IMG/VR virus record: IMGVR_UViG_3300037245_001167
Span: 7,101 to 71,100 of that record
Strand: one strand, 5' to 3'
Length of the DNA: 64,000 bases
From: a virus
Position 1 is the stretch's first letter. Every line of letters starts with the position of its first letter. This document shows, piece after piece, positions 39,237-49,093 of this stretch. A program made the position numbers and the translations under genes. The notes under the pieces are model-generated. The model was not told where the DNA came from. It ran no database searches and saw nothing but the letters and a program-made list of their open reading frames with translations.

Positions 39237-39613
39237 TTAAGAAATTCAGAGTTTGGGATATTGAGCGAGAAGAGTACATCAAGAACACCGGCAATCCATA
39301 TATTTTCCCTTTTAATGGGATAACGGCAATGAAATGCGCTGGTAGCAGTTGTGGGAGTATTAACGGGGAAAAAGACTATTCAGAGTATTACATACTTGAG
39401 CAGTGGACAGGTTTGCTCGATAAGCAGGGCAAGGATATATACGAGGGGGATATGATTAAATTTTTATCTCCATTGCAAAGACAAGACTTGTCACCGGCGA
39501 CTGTTGAATGGAGCGATACAGGTGGATATTGGGTACTGAAAGGTAAATTACCATTACTTTTGCATCGTGCTATAAATCCTGAAATCATCGGAAACGTCCA
39601 CACAAAAGAATAG
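39233..39613 (+). CDS. yopX: YopX-family protein, second copy
   Basis: KFRVWD, LEQWTGLLDKQGKDIYEGD, EIIGNVH. Confidence 0.88.
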   Translation: MIKKFRVWDIEREEYIKNTGNPYIFPFNGITAMKCAGSSCGSINGEKDYSEYYILEQWTGLLDKQGKDIYEGDMIKFLSPLQRQDLSPATVEWSDTGGYWVLKGKLPLLLHRAINPEIIGNVHTKE

Positions 39614-40148
39614 CTCTATATAAAAGTAAATACGGAATTTTGGCGGCGGCAATGTGTAAGGACAAAATATACTATCGGTAGGGAAAGTCCTCGAAAGTCC
39701 ATCCGAGCATTGCCCGCCAAATTCATAAATGTCCGGTGGCAGGCCGTCGTAGGCGGTTGGCAAGATCAGAGTGAAGCTCGTTATGGCTCTGTTCGTCGGG
39801 AACCCCACCGGACAGCACTTATGCAGGGGGACACCCTCTTACATTCTCCAAACGGAAAGTACGGCTAAATACATCCGCTTCGTTCCCCTGCTTTTATAAG
39901 TTAATAAGAAGAATGGATCAGACTCAGTGGGTGCGACCTTTATCCCGGAAGTGGAAAAGGTGCTACGTTCAAGACGAATCGAGGGAAAGGCTCTGAGGAT
40001 TATGACGTCTTACTCAGAGCAATCCAGTAAACATGCTCCAGAGTAAATAGACGAGCCTTACGAGCCATTCTTCTTGAACATTATCGGGGTGTTTTGGCAC
40101 GGATGCTACCCCCGTTTTTATGAAACGTATATTTGAAAGGTAAATGAA

Positions 40149-40388
40149 ATGCCAATGGATTTTCCAGATTTAGAGAGCTTGAAACAAGCGGCGGAAGTAC
40201 ATGGATTCAGAAAAGTCAGAGAAAATGAGCCAGAAGAAGCTTATCGCAATGCTTTGGCGAATCACGTTTCTTCAAGGGATTTTATTGAATCTGAGGAAAT
40301 AAGGAACAAGGTAGGGTGGGACAAATTTAGCAAAAAGCAGGACAGGGCAATGCTCGGGCGTAAAGGACTTAGATTTCCCCTTCCATAA
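40149..40388 (+). CDS. Hypothetical protein
   Basis: RBS gaaaggt. Confidence 0.6.
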   Translation: MPMDFPDLESLKQAAEVHGFRKVRENEPEEAYRNALANHVSSRDFIESEEIRNKVGWDKFSKKQDRAMLGRKGLRFPLP

Positions 40389-40827
40389 CGAGAGCCAACG
40401 CCGGAAGGCGGTTGAAAAGTGAATATTGAAAGTTCCAATGAAGCCGAAGGATGGCTTTTATAGGAGAAAGAAAATGAATGGTGCAGAATGTGGAAAATGC
40501 GGTCACATAACTTGTGTTTGTGACCAACGGAGAACGGAGAAAACTCAATGTGCTATAGAAGCCATCGAGGATGCAATCTTAAATCGGACGAAAGATGGAT
40601 TACCAATTGATATGGGATTGAATTGGGCGTTGGAATTATTGAAAAGTTAAACACAAACGTCTCACCGGGACGACACCCAGGGAATGTAGGGTGAATGATG
40701 GCTGGCTTTCCGCATGAACTTGTGCGAAAGGCCATGATGTAAGAATATAACACAAACAAGTTGATTAACGTAAGGTTTACCTTTATAGCACGATGCAGGA
40801 TGCCTGGTGAGGCGTTTTTAAGGAGCA

Positions 40828-41685
40828 ATGAAAATGGCTACATGCTTAGAATGCGAACATTATGAGAAGTACGAAGGAGATAGAAAGATAAATGGCAAAA
40901 GAGTAGTCATGTTCTGCCTGAAATATAAGAAAAGTTGCCCTAAAAGAGAAGGCTATAGTTATAGTACAAACCCCTGTAACGATGACTTCACCCCCAAGTC
41001 CAAGCCAACGTGCAAGGAGTGTGAGCATAACCCACCAGACTCATACTGTGGAGAATGTGAGGATTATGCTAAATTCACCCCCAAGAAGCCCGCCGAGGAA
41101 AAGAGTTGTAAGACTTGCAGGAAAAGGGAAGACCGAGATAATACATGCCCACCGATGGAAAAATGCAACTACGGCAATAATTACATGTGCTGGCAACCCA
41201 TCCCCAAGCCAAAGACTGACGACGAGGTTGGGAAAACTAAGATGTATGTATCAAGTCCAAGGAATTGCGGCAAAACTCATGCTTACGCAGAATATGTAGA
41301 GCATTTGAGAAAATCACCAGTAGCGTTTTATGATGAATTTTTAACCCCCAAACAAAAGGAGAACAAAATGAAGCTCACTAAAGTAATCTTTTACCCAATC
41401 AGAAGGTATGTGGCAACATGCGTGGTCATTGTAACTGCATGGATATGTATTTGGCTGAATCCGTTGGTGTTTTTTGTCGCCAAGATGGTTAAGCCGGAAT
41501 ACAGAAGAACAGTACGTGAACAACATTGGCTGGATGACATAATAACCCCGTGGAACTCCGGCGATTGGAAGCAGATAGCTGTCGTCTGGATTTGCGCAAT
41601 CGCCGCCGTCGCTGGTGTTATACTCGCACTCTATCTCTATAACCAATTCTGCAAAAAGCTCTGCAAAATGCTCGGAAGCGAATAA
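40828..41685 (+). CDS. Cys-rich repeat protein fused to a membrane domain
   Basis: Several CxxC modules; two hydrophobic segments; internal RBS and ATG at about 41368. Confidence 0.5.
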   Translation: MKMATCLECEHYEKYEGDRKINGKRVVMFCLKYKKSCPKREGYSYSTNPCNDDFTPKSKPTCKECEHNPPDSYCGECEDYAKFTPKKPAEEKSCKTCRKREDRDNTCPPMEKCNYGNNYMCWQPIPKPKTDDEVGKTKMYVSSPRNCGKTHAYAEYVEHLRKSPVAFYDEFLTPKQKENKMKLTKVIFYPIRRYVATCVVIVTAWICIWLNPLVFFVAKMVKPEYRRTVREQHWLDDIITPWNSGDWKQIAVVWICAIAAVAGVILALYLYNQFCKKLCKMLGSE

Positions 41686-42650
41686 GAAGTAACACTTTTA
41701 ATGGTGGTACGGAGAAAAGTAATGGAATTCCAGTTAATGACAAATGCCTTAGCCTTTACTTATAAGGCATTGGAGGACAGGATGATCGACTACGAATGTA
41801 TGCTGTGCGGTTATATTTTTGAATCAGTAAGGCCGGTTAGCTGCCCGATATGCTCTGCTCCAAAGTCTGACGTAATCAGCTTCACCCAAGCAGAGCGTAA
41901 TCGAGAGATTAACAAGCACGATGAATTCCTTGAGGATGAGAAAAATGGATAGGCATAAATTAGAACAACTGAGAGACAAGGTTGGGGAACTTATTCGGCA
42001 CGGGTCTCCGAGCTGTATTCGTCAAGCCCAGAGTATTATGAACACAGAATTTGAGAATGTTCTATTTTTCGCATTGGAAAAGACTGAGCCTAAACCAAAA
42101 CCTCAACATACTATTGCAGACAATTATCCTGCCGGTGGTATTCCAGAACCATGTATGTTTTGTGAAGACTTCGAAGAACTCCAAGCCGAGAACGATAGAC
42201 TAAAAGAAGGCTATGAGCGTATTGAGAACTGGCGTAAGGCATATCCATTGGAGTCATTCCCAAAGCCGGACTTAAAAAAGGCTCGTGAAGTATTGAAAGC
42301 AGCGGGCATGACACTTGATGCGATTTCTGCCGATAACATGCGTCATGTATTAGAAGGCATAAAAGATATTGTTGCCGAAGCCTTGACAGGGAAAGGATAA
42401 AAGAAATGGCCAGTAGTTGTAAAAAATGTGGCAAGGCAGAACATTATAATTTCGTATTGAACATTGGGATGTGCGATTCTTGTATTGAAAAAACTTTAGA
42501 CAAACTCCAAACCGAGAACGATAAGCTTAAAGAAGCACTAAGAGAAATAGAAAAAGCTGAGGGTGCATACAGTCAAGATGATTTGACCTTTGCACAAAAC
42601 ACTATTATGAATATGCAGAGCATAGCAACCGAAGCTCTGAAAGGGAACCA

Positions 42651-43469
42651 ATGATAGATAACGCCAAACTAAAGCAAGGAACTCCTGAATGGAAAAACGC
42701 CAGAAAAGGAAAAATAACGGGCACTGGTTTTGCCAAAGTCCTGTCTAAGAAAGGCAATGCCCGCAAGGACTACATGCGCCAGCTTGTCTTGGAACGAAAG
42801 ACAGGGGTGATTACAGAGGGCTTTAAGAATGAAGCTATGGAGTGGGGAACTAAGACTGAGCCACAGGCACGGGCATATTACGAGAGCGAATGGGAGGCCT
42901 CTGTTGAGCAGGTTGGATTTATTGAACACGAAGGCATTGATTTCAAAAGATATGTGGGTGTTAGCCCTGATGGATTGTGCGGTAACACGGGATGTATTGA
43001 GATTAAATGTCCAGATAGCAAAACCCACCTTGAATACATAGCCAAAAACGTTCTCCCGGCAAAATATATGGCTCAAGTACAAGGGATATTATGGGTAACA
43101 GGGCGATGTTGGTGTGACTTTATTAGCTTCGATCCGCGAGTGCCAAAACAACCATATTGGTGTATCCGTGTTGTTCGTGACGAGAAATATGCTGTCAATC
43201 TTGCCGAAGAAGTAGCTTTATTCATTGACGAAATGATAAAGATGAAAGAAGAATTCAAAGACGTTGACCCCCAACTCTTGATAGACGTTACCGAGGGCGG
43301 CTGTTCTGAGAGTGAATGGTTACAGGCAAAGCAGATGGAGATTCGAGGGAAGGTTAGGCATGGGGTTGTGTGTGCAATGATACAAGGCAAAAGTGGTTTG
43401 GTTGATTTAGACGAAGGCACTAAGGGTCTTATTGATATATATGTCGAATATATAATGACAGGCAAATAA
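42651..43469 (+). CDS. YqaJ / lambda-exonuclease-family nuclease
   Basis: QGTPEW..R.G.IT, AMEWG..EP.AR..YE, GVSPDGL, IEIKCP, Y.AQVQG, CDFISFDPR. Confidence 0.92.
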   Translation: MIDNAKLKQGTPEWKNARKGKITGTGFAKVLSKKGNARKDYMRQLVLERKTGVITEGFKNEAMEWGTKTEPQARAYYESEWEASVEQVGFIEHEGIDFKRYVGVSPDGLCGNTGCIEIKCPDSKTHLEYIAKNVLPAKYMAQVQGILWVTGRCWCDFISFDPRVPKQPYWCIRVVRDEKYAVNLAEEVALFIDEMIKMKEEFKDVDPQLLIDVTEGGCSESEWLQAKQMEIRGKVRHGVVCAMIQGKSGLVDLDEGTKGLIDIYVEYIMTGK

Positions 43470-44659
43470 CCATGAGCAACCAACACGAACCTGAATCCGA
43501 ATGCGAGCAATGTGGCAAGAAGCTTAAAGACCCCGGCGACGATCCTATTTATGTGGTAGCCTTAAATAAGCTTTTTTGTCGCGATAGCGATTGTTGGGAT
43601 ATTTGGAGAAAAGAAAATGAATATTAGATTTGAAACTTGCGAAAGACGTAGAGCTTTGGAATATTTGCAGGTATTCTATCCAAGTAGAAATCTCAAAGAC
43701 GAGGGCAAAACAAAGGCATTATTAGACTTGGTTGAGGCTGATATTATTAGGATACCAGACCCAAAATATCATCCTTCAGGCCAAGTATATCCAAACAAAA
43801 ACTGGGACAAAACAAAGGCAAATGAATATCTCAAGATATTGGAGGAGTTCGATAATGGCATGGGCTGAAATATTTACAAAGCAGAGGAGAAAACGTAATG
43901 GATAACGCCGATAAAATCCGCAAACTCCTCAAACAAAGGATTAATGCAGCAAAAAGGGCAGCAAAAAGAACCAATGATTTTATGATCCCTTTAGAAGACC
44001 GGCACATAGTTAAAATGTCCATTAAAGAGGCCAAGTTAATCCTTGCTCTCCTTCCTTGCGAGACCTGTGACGACACAGGCCAAGTAATTCCAATTCCTGA
44101 TATGAGTTTTTCGGCCTACCGGGAGTTAAGTGAAAATCCAATCCCTTGCCCAATTTGTAAGGGAGAAGAAAATGGATAACGGATGCCCGAAATGCAAGAA
44201 ATTAGCTGAGGATCATGTAATTGGTGAATACTTTGAACTATGCCTCGACTGCCAACTCGAACAGGCCGATGCAGATTTATCAAGAGATATGAAATTAGTA
44301 GAAAAAATCAAAAAGAAGATTAAGGAGAAAGAAGATGCAAGATGTGATAAATCAAATCATTAGCAATTTTGATTTTGAGAAAGTTCATAAAGTTATGATA
44401 TTATTAAATTGGGCATGGAGTAAGACTTACCCAGAAGTTCCCACAATAGGAATATTGGTATTAACAGCTAAGGAATTGCTTGAAGATGTATTGGCAGAAG
44501 AAGATGGAACAACTATTGAAACAGGCGGATTTGAAGCCCAGAGATTTAATGGAGAAGGCGGAAAAACATTCTTAGCATTAAAATTTTATGTAGATACTTG
44601 CCAAAGTTGTTCATCATGGGCAGCAGAAGAAATCAAAAAGAAGATAAAGGAGAACAAAG

Positions 44660-45229
44660 ATGTTTCAACAGATACAACAAACATTAGGTAATATGGACGG
44701 CGACTATCAAGCCAAAACCCTCGTGACGGCGTTCATCTCAGACGTTAAAGATGTCGAATACAATAAAAAAGGCACGCCAGGCCAATCCCTGTATTTAAGG
44801 CATGAAGGAACGGGTGAAATATCGTGGGTGAAATTCACCGGCAATGATGTTAAGGATAACCCTTTAACTAAAGACGATAAAGGAACGACGCGGGACTTCA
44901 AGATTTGGCCGTTTAAGCCTAAAGATTCGCCGAACACCTATCTTTATTGCTGGATACAGCGGCAAACCTCCCAGCAGTCCCAACAAGGCACTCAGCAGGC
45001 CACTCAGCAGCCTAACACCCTTCAAGGTAATCAATCCCCAGCCCAAGACGTCCGGGCTAAGGCGTTATATATAGCGGCCAGATTAGTAGCAGCAGGAATA
45101 CATAAAGAAGTGATGATTTACGGATTAGCCGACTGTATTGTGGATTACATTCAAACTGGCAAGCATCCGACGGGAGTAGCCAACGCAAACCCTCCGGAAG
45201 AACAAATGCCTTGGGACGGACAGGAATAA
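44660..45229 (+). CDS. Putative ssDNA-binding or recombination protein
   Basis: OB-like N-terminus, Gln-rich linker, acidic C-terminus PWDGQE; lies between the exonuclease and NinB. Confidence 0.4.
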   Translation: MFQQIQQTLGNMDGDYQAKTLVTAFISDVKDVEYNKKGTPGQSLYLRHEGTGEISWVKFTGNDVKDNPLTKDDKGTTRDFKIWPFKPKDSPNTYLYCWIQRQTSQQSQQGTQQATQQPNTLQGNQSPAQDVRAKALYIAARLVAAGIHKEVMIYGLADCIVDYIQTGKHPTGVANANPPEEQMPWDGQE

Positions 45230-45700
45230 ATGAAACAATTAGAATCATACGGGCAAGGGATGGACGGAGAGCTTGTACTGACGCTGCCGCAATTAGAATC
45301 AAGGAAGCAGTATCTCGTTTCTATGGAAGGAAAAGGGGTAACGGAGATTCTGAAGAAGACGGTAAAATCCAAGACGAATAAGCAAGTAAGGACTCATTTC
45401 GGATTGTTAATCAAGACTATTATTGTTAAAACAAACGATGAGGCAATTGATACATCCGAATTCCTGAAATTGATTGTCCGGTCTGATTTGCCAAGCGGAG
45501 TCGGCTTAACGAGCGATTTCCTACATCAGCTATTTCTAAATGTATGCCCTGTTTATGATGACGAGGGTAGAAAAGTAACGCTTAGTAAAATGACAACCGA
45601 CCAGGCTTCTAAATGGTTTGAGGAATGTAGAAATCTATTGTCAAGCAGGGGTATTTATGTTTCTGACCCCAATCCGAACTGGAAGAACGAGGTAAAATAA
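45230..45700 (+). CDS. ninB: NinB-like recombination protein
   Basis: KT..Q....FG, SKMT..Q.S.W.E.C, GI.V.DP. Confidence 0.6.
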   Translation: MKQLESYGQGMDGELVLTLPQLESRKQYLVSMEGKGVTEILKKTVKSKTNKQVRTHFGLLIKTIIVKTNDEAIDTSEFLKLIVRSDLPSGVGLTSDFLHQLFLNVCPVYDDEGRKVTLSKMTTDQASKWFEECRNLLSSRGIYVSDPNPNWKNEVK

Positions 45701-46332
45701 TGGCATGGATTGAAATACCACAAGAATTATACTCAGAAATATACATTCTATTTGAGGATGATTTGCAACCATTTGGGACTATTACTCATTTGGAAAACTG
45801 CTCTGCTTATGACGCTAAGATATTGACAGAATGGGGATTCAGGGATGCAGGGAGTCCACTTATTCGTTCTGTTTGCGAGCCTGAAAGCCAAAGAGATATA
45901 CCTAAAGACCCAATGGATTGGGAACATAGATATTATATTTACAAAGCAGTTGAGGACAAAGACAATGATTAAGAAAGAATCACTAAAAGAAGGCCAGAAG
46001 TTAGATACCATATTTTTCGTTGACGGAGAAGATATTACCACCATGAACGGCACGGAAATAACTGTCGTAATGGAATATGGGCAAATGGCCGGTGTGCCTT
46101 GGGCGGATGTACGAGAAATAGATGGCTGCGTTTGCCGATGGAATCTCGCATTGTGCTTAGGGGTAAGGCTTATTGAGGACAAAGACAATGAGTAAGTGGG
46201 AATGTAGCGAATGTTGCAAGGATAAATGTGTACTCAAGCTAACTTCTTGCCATGACGATTTTAATACAGAACCAAAGTCCTGCCCTATAAGCGGTACTGA
46301 TTGTGACTGGTATAAAGTAGAGGACAAAGACA

Positions 46333-46719
46333 ATGAAGAAACCAAAACCACCTAAATCCTTTGAGGAAGTTGAGGCTTACATAAGAGAAAAAAGACTCAA
46401 CGTAAATCCTAAGATATTTTGGGATTATTTCGATGTCTCTGGGTGGTATGATGGCACGGGAAATCCGGTATTGAACTGGAAACAAAAGGCAATCACTTGG
46501 CATGGACGGGACAAAAAGACTATTGCGGCATATCTAACAAAAAAGCTTAGTAAGCAAGAAAAAGAAAGAAGCATACAAAGGCTCCGGGATGATTACCAGG
46601 CTCATTTAGAAAATAAGTCTACGGAAGCATTGTTAGATTTGAAAAAAGATGGTGGTCAGCTATCCAAAGTATGCGGTTGGTTAATAGACGAGATTTTAAC
46701 AGAAAGGGCTAAGAAATGA
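46333..46719 (+). CDS. Phage replication-initiator C-terminal-like protein
   Basis: PP.S.EEV..Y, VNP..F.DY....GW, NWKQ...TW. Confidence 0.6.
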   Translation: MKKPKPPKSFEEVEAYIREKRLNVNPKIFWDYFDVSGWYDGTGNPVLNWKQKAITWHGRDKKTIAAYLTKKLSKQEKERSIQRLRDDYQAHLENKSTEALLDLKKDGGQLSKVCGWLIDEILTERAKK

Positions 46720-47217
46720 GCAGAGAAGAAGCAATAAAATTATTAAGAAAAGCACAAAAACCAAGTGTGTCTCAATATGAGGAGTTGCAAATCATTGGCC
46801 AAGTTCTTGCCCTCCTCGAATCCGCCACAAAACCGGTGGGCAAGTCCGAGCCTTTGTGTTGCAACTGCTTTATTTGCAATGCCCCTCAGCCGCGCCGTAG
46901 ATATATTGTATGCTCCGAATGCTACGTGAAACAAAAACAAGCGGCGGGCAAGTCCGAGCCTGAGGAGTACTCAGAAGAATGGTGGAAACTGGTAGATTCA
47001 TATCTTGAGAAACATAAAAAGGAAATCGACAGCCTGAGAGCCGCCAACAAGAACCTATGTGAAGAGCTTACGGCTGCGGAGTTGGAGATTAATGCCAAAG
47101 ATGTTATTATAGAAGAATTTGCGAGACACAAGCACAGTTGTTTTATGGGTGAATATAACGATATTAAAATAGGCAAAGGTTGTGATTGTGGCCTGTCTAA
47201 AGCCCTGAAAGGACAAG

Positions 47218-47652
47218 ATGAAACGAACAACAGCTAACCAATATATGTCTCAGTACATACTTTTGAGAGATGCCTTAGAGGATGTAAAGGCAGGGCGATT
47301 GCCCGATGACTGCCTGTATGAATATGTCTTGTGCAGGACTTGCGGTAAACCTGTACCGCGAATAGGTAGTAACTCTCATGGAGGGCATTTCGTTCCCAAA
47401 GGAATGGGTGGTGGATCAGGAGTTTATTACGACGAGAGAAACGTAAATTGCCAGTGTTATAATTGCAACGAATGGCTTGAGGGCAACAGGCTCGAATACA
47501 TAGATTATATGCGTGAGAAATACGGCCAGCACGTAATTGACGAACTGAGACTAAAGGATAAGCTCCCCCGCCCTCATTCAATAGAAGCATACGGCATATT
47601 TTATCGTGAAAACCTAAAGGAATTAAGGAAGGAGTTAGGAATTAAGAAATGA
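47218..47652 (+). CDS. ninG: NinG/Rap-like junction endonuclease
   Basis: QYI.LRD, C.TCG, GHF, YDE.NVN.QC..CN...GN..EY...KYG. Confidence 0.85.
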   Translation: MKRTTANQYMSQYILLRDALEDVKAGRLPDDCLYEYVLCRTCGKPVPRIGSNSHGGHFVPKGMGGGSGVYYDERNVNCQCYNCNEWLEGNRLEYIDYMREKYGQHVIDELRLKDKLPRPHSIEAYGIFYRENLKELRKELGIKK

Positions 47653-48480
47653 ACGAACTAATCAAAAAACTCAAAGACAAGGACTATGTACGGGCGTTTG
47701 GGCTGATGATGCCGGAAGAACAGGAATGCTTTAGGAAAGCAGGAGCAAAAAATTGCCTAAAATTCTTTTCAGATAGCGGATGGGGTAAATGTGAACATTT
47801 AGAGTGGGACGCCTTCACCTACGCCATCAAGCCCGACTACCAGCCAGAGCCGGAGTTTGTGGACTTGGAAATAAAAAAAGATACGCGTGGCAATAGATGG
47901 TTAGGTGTAGAAAAAACCGACAAAATTGATTTTGGAATACCAGCCGATTTTCTTAGCCTCCATTGCCTGCCGAGCCTGCCGAATTTCGAGAGATTCTGGT
48001 GGAACAATGATGGGGATTTCACTTTCATTGAAGATGTAGCCCGAAAGAGAAATGAAGGCAAGAAAGTCTTCGCAAGATTCAGAACAACTTCATAACTCAC
48101 ATTAACCCTTAATAGCTCAGAGAGCGAAAGGAGGCGCTGAATGTCTTAATTTATAAGTCCAGGCGGCGGGGAAAAATAATTACTAAAAGGGCAAAATATT
48201 GAGTCCCGCCGCTGCAATTATATATTTTATAGGAGAAATAATGGCTAAGTACAAAAATATCAAAGAATTAGCACAAGGATTTAAGTCGGGCGAATTAAAA
48301 GACTGGGTATTAATAGTTGATAATGACAGTACCTATCTTCGATGGATAGGTGATGGGCCAGAGAGCGAAGAATTTGAAGATCAAAAATCTGCTGAAGGCA
48401 GGACTTTATGGGGTAGTCCTGATTTTTATATACTCGACCAGGCTTTAACGGCAGCAGGGATACCCAACGAAGGCGTATAG

Positions 48481-48528
48481 ATGGACAAATACATAAACAA
48501 GATAATATGTGGTGACTGGATTGAGAGC
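48481..48528 (+). pseudogene. Orphaned 5' end of the DNA methyltransferase
   Basis: MDKYINKIICGDWIES matches the N-terminus found again at 49074; the rest of this ORF is antisense to the endonuclease. Confidence 0.65.
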
Positions 48529-49026
48529 TTAACTGTTCAATTCCTTAGACCGCCGATACAGACTTTCACACATAGCAAGGTATTCATCCGAAAGGCGTTT
48601 GTTTGCCACAAGGCGGACAGTGCCATATTGATTAGGAAAGGCACGTTTTCCAACAATTTTTGTGCGATGTTTTTGGCTCTCTTTTTGGAGTGTTCGCAAA
48701 GCAAGTGCATTTTGGGCACAATCTCTTTTAACTCGGAGATATGGCAACAATTGTTTCAATATGTGTTCTGCTTTACGACAACTTGCCTGGAAACAATAAA
48801 GAGGTTTGCCCTCGTGCGAGTGTGGTTTTTCTTTATAATACCAACCACCCAAGACTGTTGCCAGAAATTCCAAAGCCTGTTCATCAACCATGCGGACTTG
48901 AATCATTGTCTGATAGCAAGGGTTTTTAGACCCATTAGATTTCTGAGGTTTACATTTTTTGATTCTGATACAACCTTCACCATCAACCAGTCCTGCAAGA
49001 TAAGCCAAATCGGTTTGTTTGCTCAT
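48529..49026 (-). mobile_element. Free-standing LAGLIDADG homing endonuclease
   Basis: LAYLAGLVDGEGCI, L..L.PYL.VK; RBS aaagga. Confidence 0.9.
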
Positions 49027-49064
49027 AATAACTATCCTTTGAATACGGGAGATATTGTTACTAT

Positions 49065-49093
49065 ATAATAACTATGATAAGCGAATACGTCAA
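49065..49093 (-). promoter_or_regulatory. Promoter for the LAGLIDADG gene
   Basis: Minus strand TTGACG N17 TATTAT, overlapping the methyltransferase start. Confidence 0.6.

Noticed and set aside
39678-39700. RNase P-like GGAAAGTCC motif
   Set aside because: The other conserved RNase P regions are not visible.
48481-49068. 195-aa plus-strand ORF as a real gene
   Set aside because: Only the first 16 or so codons resemble a methyltransferase; the rest is antisense to the LAGLIDADG gene.
48529-49073. Group I intron or intein in the methyltransferase
   Set aside because: The endonuclease is antisense, there is no room for an intron core, no intein termini are seen, and the gene restarts with its own ATG.
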